64,000 nt of DNA, taken from assembly GCA_963675785.1 (NCBI GenBank), contig OY776562.1:1999774-2063773 (forward strand), given 5' to 3'. The DNA is from Anaerolineae bacterium. Its GTDB lineage: Bacteria > Chloroflexota > Anaerolineae > UBA1429. How positions within the stretch are numbered: position 1 is the stretch's first letter; the number at the start of each line of letters is the position of its first letter. The notes below the pieces were generated by a model. It saw nothing but the letters and a program-made list of their open reading frames with translations. It did no database searches and was not told where the DNA came from. Shown here piece after piece: positions 18,179-28,404 of the stretch. Made by a program: the position numbers and the translations under genes.

Positions 18179-19272
18179 GCTTTGATGGGCGCTGCATTCA
18201 GGATCATTTCCCGGGTATTGGTCGCTATGCCTATAATTTGATCGAGGCCATGACACGCCTTGACCGGGAAGATACCTTTACTGTCTTTGAGGCGGAGGGG
18301 GCTGTCAATTCGCGTTTCGATCTTTCCGCTCTGGCAGAACGCGCCAATGTGCAGCTCGTGCCTGTTTCCTGTTCGTACTTTGGGATCAAACAACACGTCA
18401 TCATGCCCAGGCTGGCTCATCAATTCGGTTTCGAGCTGTACCACAGTCCCTATTACATGCGTCCTCTGAATATGCCCTGCTCTGTTGTAACTACCCTGCA
18501 CGATATTATTCCGCTAGTGGTTCAGGATGCTGAACCCAATGTTATGAAAAAAAGTATCTATCGCCAGTGTGTACGAACTGCACTCAAGCGTTCGCAAGAA
18601 ATTATTGTAGATTCGGCAGCGACACAACGTGACGTATTGGCCCAATTTGGTGTTACAAAGAACAAAATAACCATTATCCCACTAGCGGCCGATGTTGCTA
18701 CCGATGATGCGCCAGAGAGACTGGCTCGACCTGCCAGCATTGAACGGCCCTTTGTGCTGGCCGTGGGCACAAACAAACCTCACAAGGGGTTGGGGGACCT
18801 GGTCAAAGCCTGGCAAACGCTGCCCTCCTCGTTGCGAGATGCCTACCAGTTGGTGCTGGCCGGGCCGCGCCTACCGGGAGAGAGCGCTCTGCCATCTGGA
18901 GAAGCAACGAATTCCATCGTCGAAACAGGAGCCGTATCAGAAGCAATACTAGATTGGCTCTATGAACATGCCGAGTTGTTTGTCTTTCCCTCATATTATG
19001 AGGGATTTGGCCTGCCAGTGTTGGAAGCCATGATCCACAGCACACCTGTACTGGCTCGGGAAAATGTCACTTCGCGCGAAGTGGCCAGCGATGCTGCCGC
19101 TTATTTTACTGGGGATGCATTGGCTTTGAGCATCGAATCGCTAATGCTAGACGAAGCCCAGCGGTACGCCTTGGCCCAAGCAGGAAGAGAACGCGCCCGG
19201 CAATTCAGCTGGGAAGAAACAGCCAGACGGACATTGGATGTTTACAGACGGGCGGTAATCACCTTTACATGA
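18169..19272 (+). CDS. glycosyltransferase family 4
   Basis: PSYYEGFGLPVLEAM motif. 10-bp overlap with the upstream GT4. Confidence 0.8.
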   Translation: MRIGFDGRCIQDHFPGIGRYAYNLIEAMTRLDREDTFTVFEAEGAVNSRFDLSALAERANVQLVPVSCSYFGIKQHVIMPRLAHQFGFELYHSPYYMRPLNMPCSVVTTLHDIIPLVVQDAEPNVMKKSIYRQCVRTALKRSQEIIVDSAATQRDVLAQFGVTKNKITIIPLAADVATDDAPERLARPASIERPFVLAVGTNKPHKGLGDLVKAWQTLPSSLRDAYQLVLAGPRLPGESALPSGEATNSIVETGAVSEAILDWLYEHAELFVFPSYYEGFGLPVLEAMIHSTPVLARENVTSREVASDAAAYFTGDALALSIESLMLDEAQRYALAQAGRERARQFSWEETARRTLDVYRRAVITFT

Positions 19273-20387
19273 AGATTCTGCATGTCTATAAGGACTATGC
19301 TATTGCAGGCGGCATAGAAAACCACATACGCCTGGTGGCAGAACGGCAAGTTGCCGCCGGTCATGACGTTACTGTGTTAGTCACCAACGACAATCGACAT
19401 ACTGTGAGAGAGGTCTTGAACGGCGTTAAGGTGATCAAAGCAGGACGCCTCGTCAAGATCGCATCCACGCCGATCAGCACGGCTATTTGCCGAGAGATAA
19501 ACCGACAACACCCGGATATCACCCACTTGCACTTTCCCTACCCCGTTGGCGAAACGGCCAGTCTGTTTTGCGGTCATGGCCCCACCGTCATGACTTACCA
19601 TAGCGATGTCATTCGCCAGAAACGCTTCTTGGCTCTGTATAAACCTTTGATGATGCGTGTCCTCACCAAAGCCGAATACTTGATAGCAACCAGCCCGCAA
19701 TACATTGAGAGTTCACCAGTACTCAGCCAGATGCAAGCTAAATGTGTTGCCATACCCCTGTGCATCGAGACCACGCGATTCCGTGCGCCCCATCCCCAAG
19801 CAACGATTCTGCGCCAAGACTGGGCGGGCTCACCCACTATACTGTTCGTTGGTCTGCTGCGCTATTACAAGGGACTAGAATATCTCCTCCAAGCTATGTG
19901 CGAGGTAGATGCACGACTGGTCATCGTAGGCGTGGGAGATCTGGAAGGCGAGCTAAAAACGCTAACCCACAATCTGCGCTTGGAAGACAAAGTGACCTTT
20001 GCCGGCGAAATCAGCGACGCACTGTTGCCGGCCTATTATCAAGCAGCCGACATCTTTTGTTTGCCCGCCTGCGCGCGTAGCGAGGCTTTTGGCATTGTGC
20101 AACTGGAAGCGCTCGCCGCTGGTTTGCCCATTGTCAGCACAGAACTGGGCACCGGTACGAGTTATGTCAATAAGCATGACGTGTCGGGCCTAGTGGTTGC
20201 GCCGCGTGATTCGGCAGCATTGGCGCGCGCACTGCAACAATTGGTGCAAAACAAAGAGCAGCGCCGACGCCTGGCCAGCGGCGCTGCTCTACGCTCTGAC
20301 GAATTTGATGTCAATATCATGATGCAGCGTATCGATGATGTCTATCACCAAGCACTGGCCCAATGGGCCAAGCCCACAGCCCCTTAA
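19269..20387 (+). CDS. glycosyltransferase family 4
   Basis: ARSEAFGIVQLEALAAGLPIV motif. ATGA overlap with the previous gene. Confidence 0.8.
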   Translation: MKILHVYKDYAIAGGIENHIRLVAERQVAAGHDVTVLVTNDNRHTVREVLNGVKVIKAGRLVKIASTPISTAICREINRQHPDITHLHFPYPVGETASLFCGHGPTVMTYHSDVIRQKRFLALYKPLMMRVLTKAEYLIATSPQYIESSPVLSQMQAKCVAIPLCIETTRFRAPHPQATILRQDWAGSPTILFVGLLRYYKGLEYLLQAMCEVDARLVIVGVGDLEGELKTLTHNLRLEDKVTFAGEISDALLPAYYQAADIFCLPACARSEAFGIVQLEALAAGLPIVSTELGTGTSYVNKHDVSGLVVAPRDSAALARALQQLVQNKEQRRRLASGAALRSDEFDVNIMMQRIDDVYHQALAQWAKPTAP

Positions 20388-20417
20388 CCCAGATCCCAAC
20401 AAACCCGGAGAATGCGA

Positions 20418-23400
20418 ATGAAAACCCGTATCAGCGCCTTTTGCGATACTATCCTTGAAGCAGGATGGTTGCTAGCACTCGTGCTGGTGCCGCTATTTTT
20501 TAACTTGTTCTCCAGTCGCGTATTCGAGCCGGACAAAATCGCCCTTCTTCGCTCTATTGCCACATTGATGGCTGTGGCCTTGCTAACCAAATGGATTGAA
20601 GAGACAGAAAAGGGTTCGCTACGCAAGCGCCTGGCTAGCACAGTGCGCAAACCGCTGGTTTTACCTGCCCTATTGATAGCTATTGCCTACTTGGTGGCAA
20701 CCGTATTCTCGGTATCACCACGTATCAGTTTGTGGGGGTCTTATCAGCGGCTGCAGGGAACCTACACCTGGTTCAGTTATTTGGTCATATTCGCTTCGCT
20801 GCTGACCAGCCTACGCAAACGCGAACAGCTCGACCGATTGCTGAATACTATTATTCTGGCCAGCCTGCCAGTGGCGCTATATGGTATTGTTCAACACTAT
20901 CAGCTCGATCCTCTGCCCTGGGGCGGCGATGTGACCTACCGCGTGGCAGCCAACATGGGTAACGCCATCTTTGTGGCTGCCTACCTAATCATGGCCATCC
21001 CGCTCACCCTCAGCCGAATGATGGCCTTGAACCAGGAAAATGCTGCTGATACCCCCACTTTCAAGTTTTTGCGCCTCACCACCCTGCTGCTCGTAGCGGT
21101 ACAAACGATCATCTGGTCGGTAGGCGGTTTTTGGTGGGGCCTGTTTGGCGGGCTGGCTGGCATCATCGTCTGTTGGTTCATCGCCGAACGGCGTAGTTTG
21201 CCAACAGCAACACTGTTGCTCATTGGCGCTTTTAGTTGGACATTATCGGCTCAGCTCACCTGCGTGTTCTATTCTCAAAGCCGCGGCCCCTGGTTGGGTC
21301 TGGTTGCCGGATTGGCTCTATTCACCCTGCTGTTGGCTCACACCAAAGGCTGGCGCAAGGGACTCTACATTGTGCTGGCCGTAACCCTACTGCTGGGCAG
21401 TGTGCTTGGCTGGTTGAACCTCTCTCAAAGCGCTCTAGCCGAACGCATCCGTGAGGTACCTTATGTGGGCCGCCTTGGTGAACTGTTGTCAGTGGAGAGC
21501 GGAACGGGCAAAGTGCGCGTCTTGATTTGGGAGGGCGCCGTAGAGATGGTTTTTGACGACCCGATGCGCACGCTGGTGGGATACGGGCCTGAAACCATGT
21601 ACGTCGCCTATCCACCCTTTTACAATCCCGATCTTGCCCACTATGAATCGCGTAATGCCACGCCCGATCGCTCGCATAACGAAATGTTCGATGCCCTGAT
21701 CACCACAGGGTTGGTTGGCTTTGCGGCTTATATCCTGCTCTTTATGAGCGTCTTTTATGTGGCGCTCAAGTGGTTGGGCCTAGTGCCAGACAAAAAGCGC
21801 CGCAATCTGCTCATCACCCTGCTGTGCGCCAGCGGTGCCCTGGGCATCGCGCTTCCCCTGCTCATCGATGGCAGCCTGCGCTACATGGGCGTGGGGGTAC
21901 CCCTTGCCCTGTTGGCGGGAATCGGCATTTATGTGCTGATCGTCACCTTGAAGAAAACCCAAGTCGAACAGCCCGTATCTCTAGACTCCTGGCACGTAAC
22001 CCTGATCATCGGTATTCTCGCGGCTATCACAGCTCACTGGGTAGAGATTCACCTAGGCATCGCCATCGTCTCCACGCGTATCATGTTCTGGGCGCTAGCC
22101 GGTGTGTTGGTTGCCGTGGGAACAGGGTCTATTACCGAAGCGCAGGTCATGCCTACACCCAGGGCCAAGGCCAGAGCACGCAAAAGCTCCCATCGCGAGC
22201 AAGAACACAATGGTGGTGTATTGGCCGGCATATTGAGCGGCGCCATTGGCTGCATATTGATTTGGGATTATGTCACCAACCCAGACGGGCTCTCTGATCC
22301 CATCTCGGTGCTGTGGCAATCGTTTACGACCATGACAGCTAGCCAGCAGCCTGAAGTGACGAACCTCGCCATTCTGGGTCTTATCATTGTCAGTGTTTGC
22401 ACTGCTATTCTCGTTCTGGTGGCACAGGCGAAAGCACAAAAGAACGTACTTCAGGCTAGTTGGGGTAAGAGCCTGGGCACAGCGGCGGCTATCGCCCTGA
22501 TTGTCATGCTCGCTTATGGCTTGCTGCACGCCTCCAGCCTAGATACGCGCGAATCGCTGCATAACCTCATTTATGGCTTTGCCGCGCTAATGCTGGGCTT
22601 TTGGATATTGCTCGCCGCGGCACTCTGGAACAAGAACGAAAAACTACAAACAACAAGCAGGTCCGCTTTATCCTATATCAGCATTCCCTTGCTGATAGGC
22701 GCGCTGTTCTTTTGCAGTAGCCAGAACCTGTCCAATATCAAAGCTGATGTCATCTACAAAGAAGGCTTACGCTATGATTCGGCAGAACTTTGGGAAGAGG
22801 CAGCTGGCATTTACGCCGAGGCCATAGAGCTGAACCCAATCGAGGACTACTATATGCTGTTCGAGGGTCGGGCTCTGTTGCAGATAGCTACTGAGGCAAC
22901 AGATTCGGCGACTCGGGAGAGCTATTTCACGCAAGCATTGGCTTCTCTACAAAATGCGACCGATACGGCGCCGTTGAACCCGGATCATGCAGCCAATATC
23001 GCACGGCTTTACTCCCGCTGGGCTGCGGTGACCACGGATTCTGAGTTGCTGCAAGAAAGGCGAGGATTATCCGTTCAATACTATGAAAAAGCCTCCGAGC
23101 TCAGCCCCAATAATGTGGGCCTGCTGAATGAGTGGGCCATTGCCCTGGCCGAACTAGAACGTTATGACGAAGCCATGGCATTGCTTGACCATTCATTGGC
23201 GCTCGACCCTATCTACACCGAGACTTATCAGGCTATCGGTGAGCTGTACTACCGTCAACAGGCCTGGAGCGAAGCCCTAAGCTATTATGAACAAGCCGCC
23301 AGCGGAGATGAAACGAATGCAGCACTGGTGACAGCTGTGGCCCATTGCTATGCCAACTTGGAACAGTGGGAGACGGCTACCGAGTGGTATTCTCGTACGG

Positions 23401-23786
23401 TCGAACTCTCACCCGAATCGGCCCAGGCTTGGCTCTATCTGGGCAACAGTCAGGAGAATGCTGGCGATCTGCAAGGAGCAGAAGCTTCGTACCTGCAGGC
23501 GAATACGCTGGCATCTGGCTCTGAGACTGTGCTGCGAAGACTCGTTTCCACTAGCATCCAACTAAATGATCTGACCACTGCAGAATCGGCACTGTTGCAG
23601 CTGGCGGCAGTGGTACCTGATGACTGGACCGTATATCACGATCTAGCCATCGTTTACAGCGAACAAGGGCGAATCGATGAGGCCCTGGCCCAAATCGATA
23701 CAGCCCTCTCATTAGCCTCAGGATCAGACTTGGAACGCCTTCAAACGCTCCAGAGCGAGATACTAGTCCAGGAGGATACCCCATGA
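20418..23786 (+). CDS. O-antigen ligase/Wzy-like polytopic membrane protein fused to C-terminal TPR repeat domain
   Basis: About 12-14 TM helices and a large periplasmic loop typical of Wzy_C/O-antigen ligase-like proteins, then about 400 aa of TPR-like repeats. Confidence 0.7.
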   Translation: MKTRISAFCDTILEAGWLLALVLVPLFFNLFSSRVFEPDKIALLRSIATLMAVALLTKWIEETEKGSLRKRLASTVRKPLVLPALLIAIAYLVATVFSVSPRISLWGSYQRLQGTYTWFSYLVIFASLLTSLRKREQLDRLLNTIILASLPVALYGIVQHYQLDPLPWGGDVTYRVAANMGNAIFVAAYLIMAIPLTLSRMMALNQENAADTPTFKFLRLTTLLLVAVQTIIWSVGGFWWGLFGGLAGIIVCWFIAERRSLPTATLLLIGAFSWTLSAQLTCVFYSQSRGPWLGLVAGLALFTLLLAHTKGWRKGLYIVLAVTLLLGSVLGWLNLSQSALAERIREVPYVGRLGELLSVESGTGKVRVLIWEGAVEMVFDDPMRTLVGYGPETMYVAYPPFYNPDLAHYESRNATPDRSHNEMFDALITTGLVGFAAYILLFMSVFYVALKWLGLVPDKKRRNLLITLLCASGALGIALPLLIDGSLRYMGVGVPLALLAGIGIYVLIVTLKKTQVEQPVSLDSWHVTLIIGILAAITAHWVEIHLGIAIVSTRIMFWALAGVLVAVGTGSITEAQVMPTPRAKARARKSSHREQEHNGGVLAGILSGAIGCILIWDYVTNPDGLSDPISVLWQSFTTMTASQQPEVTNLAILGLIIVSVCTAILVLVAQAKAQKNVLQASWGKSLGTAAAIALIVMLAYGLLHASSLDTRESLHNLIYGFAALMLGFWILLAAALWNKNEKLQTTSRSALSYISIPLLIGALFFCSSQNLSNIKADVIYKEGLRYDSAELWEEAAGIYAEAIELNPIEDYYMLFEGRALLQIATEATDSATRESYFTQALASLQNATDTAPLNPDHAANIARLYSRWAAVTTDSELLQERRGLSVQYYEKASELSPNNVGLLNEWAIALAELERYDEAMALLDHSLALDPIYTETYQAIGELYYRQQAWSEALSYYEQAASGDETNAALVTAVAHCYANLEQWETATEWYSRTVELSPESAQAWLYLGNSQENAGDLQGAEASYLQANTLASGSETVLRRLVSTSIQLNDLTTAESALLQLAAVVPDDWTVYHDLAIVYSEQGRIDEALAQIDTALSLASGSDLERLQTLQSEILVQEDTP

Positions 23787-24883
23787 GCCAGCCCCATTAT
23801 GCGCTTGTGCTAATCGCTGCTCTAGCCTTTGCATTAACAGCCACGCCACTCTTTCGGCGCTTGGCCGTCAGGATAAATTTTGTAGACCAACCCAACGCCC
23901 GTAAACTGCATAATCAACCCATTCCACTCATGGGGGGACTGGCCATTTACGGTGGCATTGCCATCGCCCTCTTTGTGTTCGGTGAGGCCTTTTATGTGCG
24001 CGAATTGGCTGGTATTGCCATCGGTGCAACGCTTTGCGCCGCCGTCGGCCTATGGGATGACCGCAATGGGATGCGTGCCAGTGTAAAGATGGCCTTTCAG
24101 TTGGGGGCAGCCATCATCCTGGTGGTTTCCGGCGTGCAGGTTCAGCTGTTTGCCTGGCAACCTCTCAACTGGCTGTTGACCATCCTCTGGACGGTGGGCA
24201 TCACTAATGCGCTCAACTTGCTGGATAATATGGATGGACTTTCCAGCAGCATTTGCATTGTCGCGGCCACTTACATGCTGCTGCTGGCTGCGCTCAGTGG
24301 TCAATACCTAGTTGGTCTGATGTGTGCTTCTCTGGTAGGCGCCTGCATAGGCTTTTTGGTGTACAATGCACCACCGGCTTCTATATTCATGGGCGATGCA
24401 GGCAGCCTGCTACTGGGCTTTATGCTCTCTGCAGCCGCCATTAAGCTGCGTTTCCCTGCCAATATAACTCTGGTTACCTGGATGATCCCCCTTTTCGTAC
24501 TGGGCATCCCGATCTTTGATACGACCTTGGTGATCATCTCGCGCACCCGGCGAGGCCTAAACCCACTCACTCACCCAGGAAAAGATCATGTATCACATCG
24601 GCTAGTGCGTATGGGTTATACCAAACGTGAAGCCGTACTCAGTTTGTGCCTTGCAGGTGGTGCACTCGGCATAGCCGCGGTTTACATTAGCCAGGCGGCG
24701 CCACTAGAAGCCTACATCATCGGAGCAGTGGCTTTGGCCGCTGCTGTTTGGATGCTGTATCGCCTGCTCAAGCTAGACAATCAGAATACAGCAGTTTCAA
24801 AGACACCCGTCGGAGAAGGAAATGAGCAACAAGCGCGACAAGATGCAACGCCAGCGTCAGGTCAACAAAGCCCGCAAGGGTAA
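23783..24883 (+). CDS. MraY/WecA-family polyprenyl-phosphate N-acetylhexosamine-1-phosphate transferase
   Basis: DD motif region (GLWDDRNGM), [12 protein letters not shown], and 10-11 TM segments. Confidence 0.8.
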   Translation: MSQPHYALVLIAALAFALTATPLFRRLAVRINFVDQPNARKLHNQPIPLMGGLAIYGGIAIALFVFGEAFYVRELAGIAIGATLCAAVGLWDDRNGMRASVKMAFQLGAAIILVVSGVQVQLFAWQPLNWLLTILWTVGITNALNLLDNMDGLSSSICIVAATYMLLLAALSGQYLVGLMCASLVGACIGFLVYNAPPASIFMGDAGSLLLGFMLSAAAIKLRFPANITLVTWMIPLFVLGIPIFDTTLVIISRTRRGLNPLTHPGKDHVSHRLVRMGYTKREAVLSLCLAGGALGIAAVYISQAAPLEAYIIGAVALAAAVWMLYRLLKLDNQNTAVSKTPVGEGNEQQARQDATPASGQQSPQG

Positions 24884-25625
24884 CAGCAGCACCAGTTCTC
24901 ACAGAACCAACAAAAAGCCAGTGATTCAGGAAAAGAAAAAGGCTATCAGTGATTTGTGGATTGCCATTATCGTGGTGGCTATTCTGGTGACGGCTATGCT
25001 CTTGATTTATCATTATGCCAACAAAGATTCGGATGCTTCTATCGTGGTGGAGACGCCGACGATTACCGGTACGGCGACACCGACGACAGAGGCTACGCAG
25101 GAGAGCGACGACGTGAGTTTGATGCAGTGGGACAGTGCTCCCGATATGATCATCGACACTTCCAAGGACTATCAGGCCATCATCAAAACGGCCAAGGGCG
25201 ACATTACCATCGAATTAGCCGACGACCTAGCCCCCATCACGGTGAACAACTTTGTTTTCCTGGCACGGCAGGGCTATTACGACGGGGTTACCTTTCATAG
25301 AGTCATTGAGGGGTTCATGGCTCAAACGGGTGATCCCACTGGCACTGGAACTGGCGGACCCGGCTATACCATTCCTGATGAGTTCAGCGACGAGCTGCGA
25401 CATGACGCTGCTGGCATCGTCTCCATGGCTAACACAGGCTATGCCGACACTGGCGGAAGCCAATTCTTTATTACTTATTCTGCCCAATCTCACCTGGATG
25501 ATGTACACTCTGTCTTTGGACATGTCATTGACGGCATGGATGTGCTGGAAAGCCTGACTTTACGTGTCCCCGGTGATGAGATTCAAGGGGATGTAATCGA
25601 AACCATCGAGATCATCGAAAGCTAG
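24822..25625 (+). CDS. membrane-anchored cyclophilin-type peptidyl-prolyl cis-trans isomerase
   Basis: N-terminal TM anchor, then cyclophilin core ([17 protein letters not shown]...GGSQFFIT). 62-bp overlap with the upstream WecA-like gene. AAGGAA-type RBS. Confidence 0.8.
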   Translation: MSNKRDKMQRQRQVNKARKGNSSTSSHRTNKKPVIQEKKKAISDLWIAIIVVAILVTAMLLIYHYANKDSDASIVVETPTITGTATPTTEATQESDDVSLMQWDSAPDMIIDTSKDYQAIIKTAKGDITIELADDLAPITVNNFVFLARQGYYDGVTFHRVIEGFMAQTGDPTGTGTGGPGYTIPDEFSDELRHDAAGIVSMANTGYADTGGSQFFITYSAQSHLDDVHSVFGHVIDGMDVLESLTLRVPGDEIQGDVIETIEIIES

Positions 25626-26198
25626 TTGATGACTGAGGCCGAGCCCCGGCAGGGCTTTTGGAAGCACTATGGAACGCGCATTCTGGCGATCGCGTTCTCG
25701 GTAGCAATAACCGTCGTAGTTGTGCTGAATGCTGATCGTATGCAAGAGATGCAGCGATTGGGCTACTTGGGCGTGTTTATTGTTGCCCTGGCTGGTAATG
25801 CGACCGTAGTGCTGCCTGTGCCCAGCATGGCTATGACCTTTGCCAGCGGTTCGGTGTTGAATCCCTGGTTAGTGGGGGTAGTAGCCGGCCTGGGGGAGCC
25901 CCTTGGTGAACTGACGGGGTATTTGGCCGGTTATGGTGGAAGCGCCATCATCGAAGAAAGTGCTCGGTATCAGCGCATCAAAGCAAGCCTGGAAAAGCAC
26001 GCCTTTTTGACACTGTTCATTCTCTCAGCCATTCCTAATCCTTTGTTCGATCTGGCAGGCATGGCTGCAGGCGTACTGCATTATCCGGTGTACAAGTTCC
26101 TCATAGCTTGTTGGTTGGGTAAAACGCTCAAGGCCTTGACTGTAGCTTTTATCGGCTCTATCTCATTGGGGGCAGTCCAACAGATCTTTGGCCTTTAG
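25626..26198 (+). CDS. DedA/YqaA-type small membrane protein
   Basis: Four or five TM helices. Assigned only on glycine-rich TM helix spacing; no catalytic motif recognised. Weak family assignment. Confidence 0.4.
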   Translation: MMTEAEPRQGFWKHYGTRILAIAFSVAITVVVVLNADRMQEMQRLGYLGVFIVALAGNATVVLPVPSMAMTFASGSVLNPWLVGVVAGLGEPLGELTGYLAGYGGSAIIEESARYQRIKASLEKHAFLTLFILSAIPNPLFDLAGMAAGVLHYPVYKFLIACWLGKTLKALTVAFIGSISLGAVQQIFGL

Positions 26199-26210
26199 CA
26201 GGAATCAAAC

Positions 26211-26261
26211 AAAAAGCAGGGAAGGATGCAAGAGCATTAGATCCTTCCCTGCTTTTTTTGC
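26211..26261. terminator. bidirectional terminator (convergent with mgtE)
   Basis: AAAAAGCAGGGAAGGAT-gcaagagcattag-ATCCTTCCCTGCTTTTTTT. Confidence 0.55.
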
Positions 26262-26297
26262 CAAACCAAAGTCAACCGGATTTTGGTTGGAATCCCT

Positions 26298-27650
26298 TCA
26301 ACCCTGAAGCACTGCCGAAGCGATAGAAAAATAGATCAAGAGGCCTGTGGCGTCTACCACAGTGCTCATCAACGGGCCGGAAACCAAGGCAGCATCAATG
26401 CCGACACGAACGGCCAAAAGCGGCAGCAGCGTTCCTGCAAATTCGGACCAAACCACGATGCAGAGCATGGCCAACCCCACCACCAGCGCCACTTCGATGC
26501 CACTATTCCACAGGGCGAGGGCAACCAAAAATCCGCCCAGGGCCAGCAACAATCCAAGAAGCAGCGAAGTACGCAACTCTCGCCATAGAACTGCCAGTGC
26601 ATCACGTGTGTGAATATCGCCAACAGCCAGAGCACGAATGATGGTTGCAGTAGTCTGCGAGCCAACATTGCCACCGGTGCCAGTGAGCAGCGGCACAAAA
26701 ACGCTGAGAATGATCACACTGTTTAGCAGCTCTGAGAATCTGCTCATAACGGTACCCGTTAGCGTGCCGGTTACAAAAAGGAGCAACAACCAGCCGATTC
26801 GCTTGCCCACCGAGCTGAGAATCGTCGTATCCAGATAAGGGCGCCCCAAAGGTACGCTACCGCCAAAGCGCTGCACGTCCTCCGTCGCTTCGTCTTCTAG
26901 CACATCAACCAGGTCATCGACGGTGATAACACCTACAAGGTGATGTTCTGCATCCACAACCGGCACGACACTCAAGTCATAGCGCGCCATCAGACGGGCC
27001 ACATCCTCCTGTGGCGTATCCGTAGTGGTAAAAAGCACATCGGTATCCATGATGGAGCGCATGGTATCGTGGCTTTCGGCACGGATGAGATCAAGAGCGC
27101 TTACCGAGCCAAGAAGCCGGCCCTCTGCGCCAATAACGAAAAAATATGAAAACTCGGGACCGCGTGGTTCCCAGGCTCGTACAAGAGCCGGTGCTTCTCG
27201 GGCCTGCATACCCGCCGGAAAAGCAAGGAACTCGGTCGTCATCAGACCGCCGGAGGTGTCATCTTCGTGTTCAAGCAGCGATTCGACTTCGGCTGAATCT
27301 TGCATGACGTCCAAAGTAGCCTGGGCCATTTCGGGAGACAGATCGTTCAAAAGGTCTGCCGCCTCATCGGGCTCCATCTCGTCCAAAATTCCGGCAAGAT
27401 CGCCAGCATTCAGACGCGTCGCTACTATAGCCGCATCCTCATCCTCCAGTTCCTGAAGGATGTCGGCAGCAGATTCGACATCAAGCTCGGGCAGCAATGC
27501 ATCCTGCTGTTCGGGCAGCAGGTCTTCAAAGACATCCGCCTGGTCGGGCGGCAAAAGGGATTCGATGATTTCGATGGCACTGGTGACGTCGTCACGCTCA
27601 AGAAGCTCGCGGACACGCATCAAGGTGCGATCAAGAGTACGGGACTCCAT
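26298..27650 (-). CDS. mgtE: magnesium transporter MgtE
   Basis: N-terminal MgtE_N domain, tandem CBS domains, C-terminal 5-TM MgtE channel. Start at MESRTLD with AGGAGG upstream. There is a 1-nt discrepancy between my hand indexing and the ORF-track frame near the start. Confidence 0.85.
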   Translation of the reverse strand: MESRTLDRTLMRVRELLERDDVTSAIEIIESLLPPDQADVFEDLLPEQQDALLPELDVESAADILQELEDEDAAIVATRLNAGDLAGILDEMEPDEAADLLNDLSPEMAQATLDVMQDSAEVESLLEHEDDTSGGLMTTEFLAFPAGMQAREAPALVRAWEPRGPEFSYFFVIGAEGRLLGSVSALDLIRAESHDTMRSIMDTDVLFTTTDTPQEDVARLMARYDLSVVPVVDAEHHLVGVITVDDLVDVLEDEATEDVQRFGGSVPLGRPYLDTTILSSVGKRIGWLLLLFVTGTLTGTVMSRFSELLNSVIILSVFVPLLTGTGGNVGSQTTATIIRALAVGDIHTRDALAVLWRELRTSLLLGLLLALGGFLVALALWNSGIEVALVVGLAMLCIVVWSEFAGTLLPLLAVRVGIDAALVSGPLMSTVVDATGLLIYFSIASAVLQG

Positions 27651-27919
27651 ATGGCCTCCTTTGCAGAGCAGCAGATTGGCTTGCCAATACCGCTCCACAC
27701 CAGAAGGCTGGCCTGTTAAAGGCCGAGGCAACTCCTATGGGGTGAGGTGGGGTAAGGGGTCAAGACCAACTCTGCACAACCCTGACGATAGCTAGGACTC
27801 GGTATCGGTATGTCAGGTTGTGATGAGGGGTCTTCCATGTTATCTACCTCTTCCAATAGATGCAGGTGATGGGTTGACTGCATCGCAATCGAATAATTCG
27901 CGCTGGTGCTCGTAAGCTC

Positions 27920-28402
27920 TTACTTGAGAGACGAAAGACGTCGCTGCACTTCATCCAGCTGTTGCTCAAGGGCTTCTGCCTCTTCGTGCAAACGTCCAAC
28001 AGCATCATGCTCGCAACCACCCTCGGCGGGCGTTTCAGCATCATGATCATGACCCGCGCACGCTTCAACCCCATCGAGCTTGCCACCTAAAAACTGCTCG
28101 ACTGACTGTTGAACCGTACCCATAGCGCCAGTCACGGGCTTGATGCCAAACTGCTCAAAAAACTCTACCGCACGAGCGCCCATGCCGCCGGACAACATTA
28201 CGTCCGCACCCAAAGAGTTGATAAATTGCGGCACCTGGCCTGGTTGATGCGATGTATAGAATGGATTATCTACTGTTTTGACGGCCTCAACTGTACCGCC
28301 TTCAGAGACATCCACGAGCACAAAGAAAGGGCAACGCCCAAAATGGGGCGCTACAACCGAGATCAATCCATTATTGTTATCAGCCGATACAGCAATACGC
28401 AT
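27920..28402 (-). CDS. NifX/NafY-like dinitrogenase FeMo-cofactor-binding domain protein with C-terminal coiled-coil tail
   Basis: MRIAVSADNNNG...SHFGRCPFFVLVDV...V...LGADVMLSGGMGARA, the Nitro_FeMo-Co fold signature. An extra Cys/His/Asp-rich acidic segment is followed by EAEALEQQLDEVQRRLSSLK. Confidence 0.65.
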   Translation of the reverse strand: MRIAVSADNNNGLISVVAPHFGRCPFFVLVDVSEGGTVEAVKTVDNPFYTSHQPGQVPQFINSLGADVMLSGGMGARAVEFFEQFGIKPVTGAMGTVQQSVEQFLGGKLDGVEACAGHDHDAETPAEGGCEHDAVGRLHEEAEALEQQLDEVQRRLSSLK

Positions 28403-28404
28403 GG

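Noticed and set aside
27025-27795. Three plus-strand ORFs of 111-143 aa
   Set aside because: All are antisense to mgtE. Ser/Arg-rich low-complexity translations.
27651-27919. M-box (ykoK) Mg2+ riboswitch upstream of mgtE
   Set aside because: Expected by analogy. The conserved M-box core (GUUAGGUGAGGCUCCUG ... GGGUCA) is not recognisable in the leader on the correct strand. It is kept only as a low-interest structural observation.
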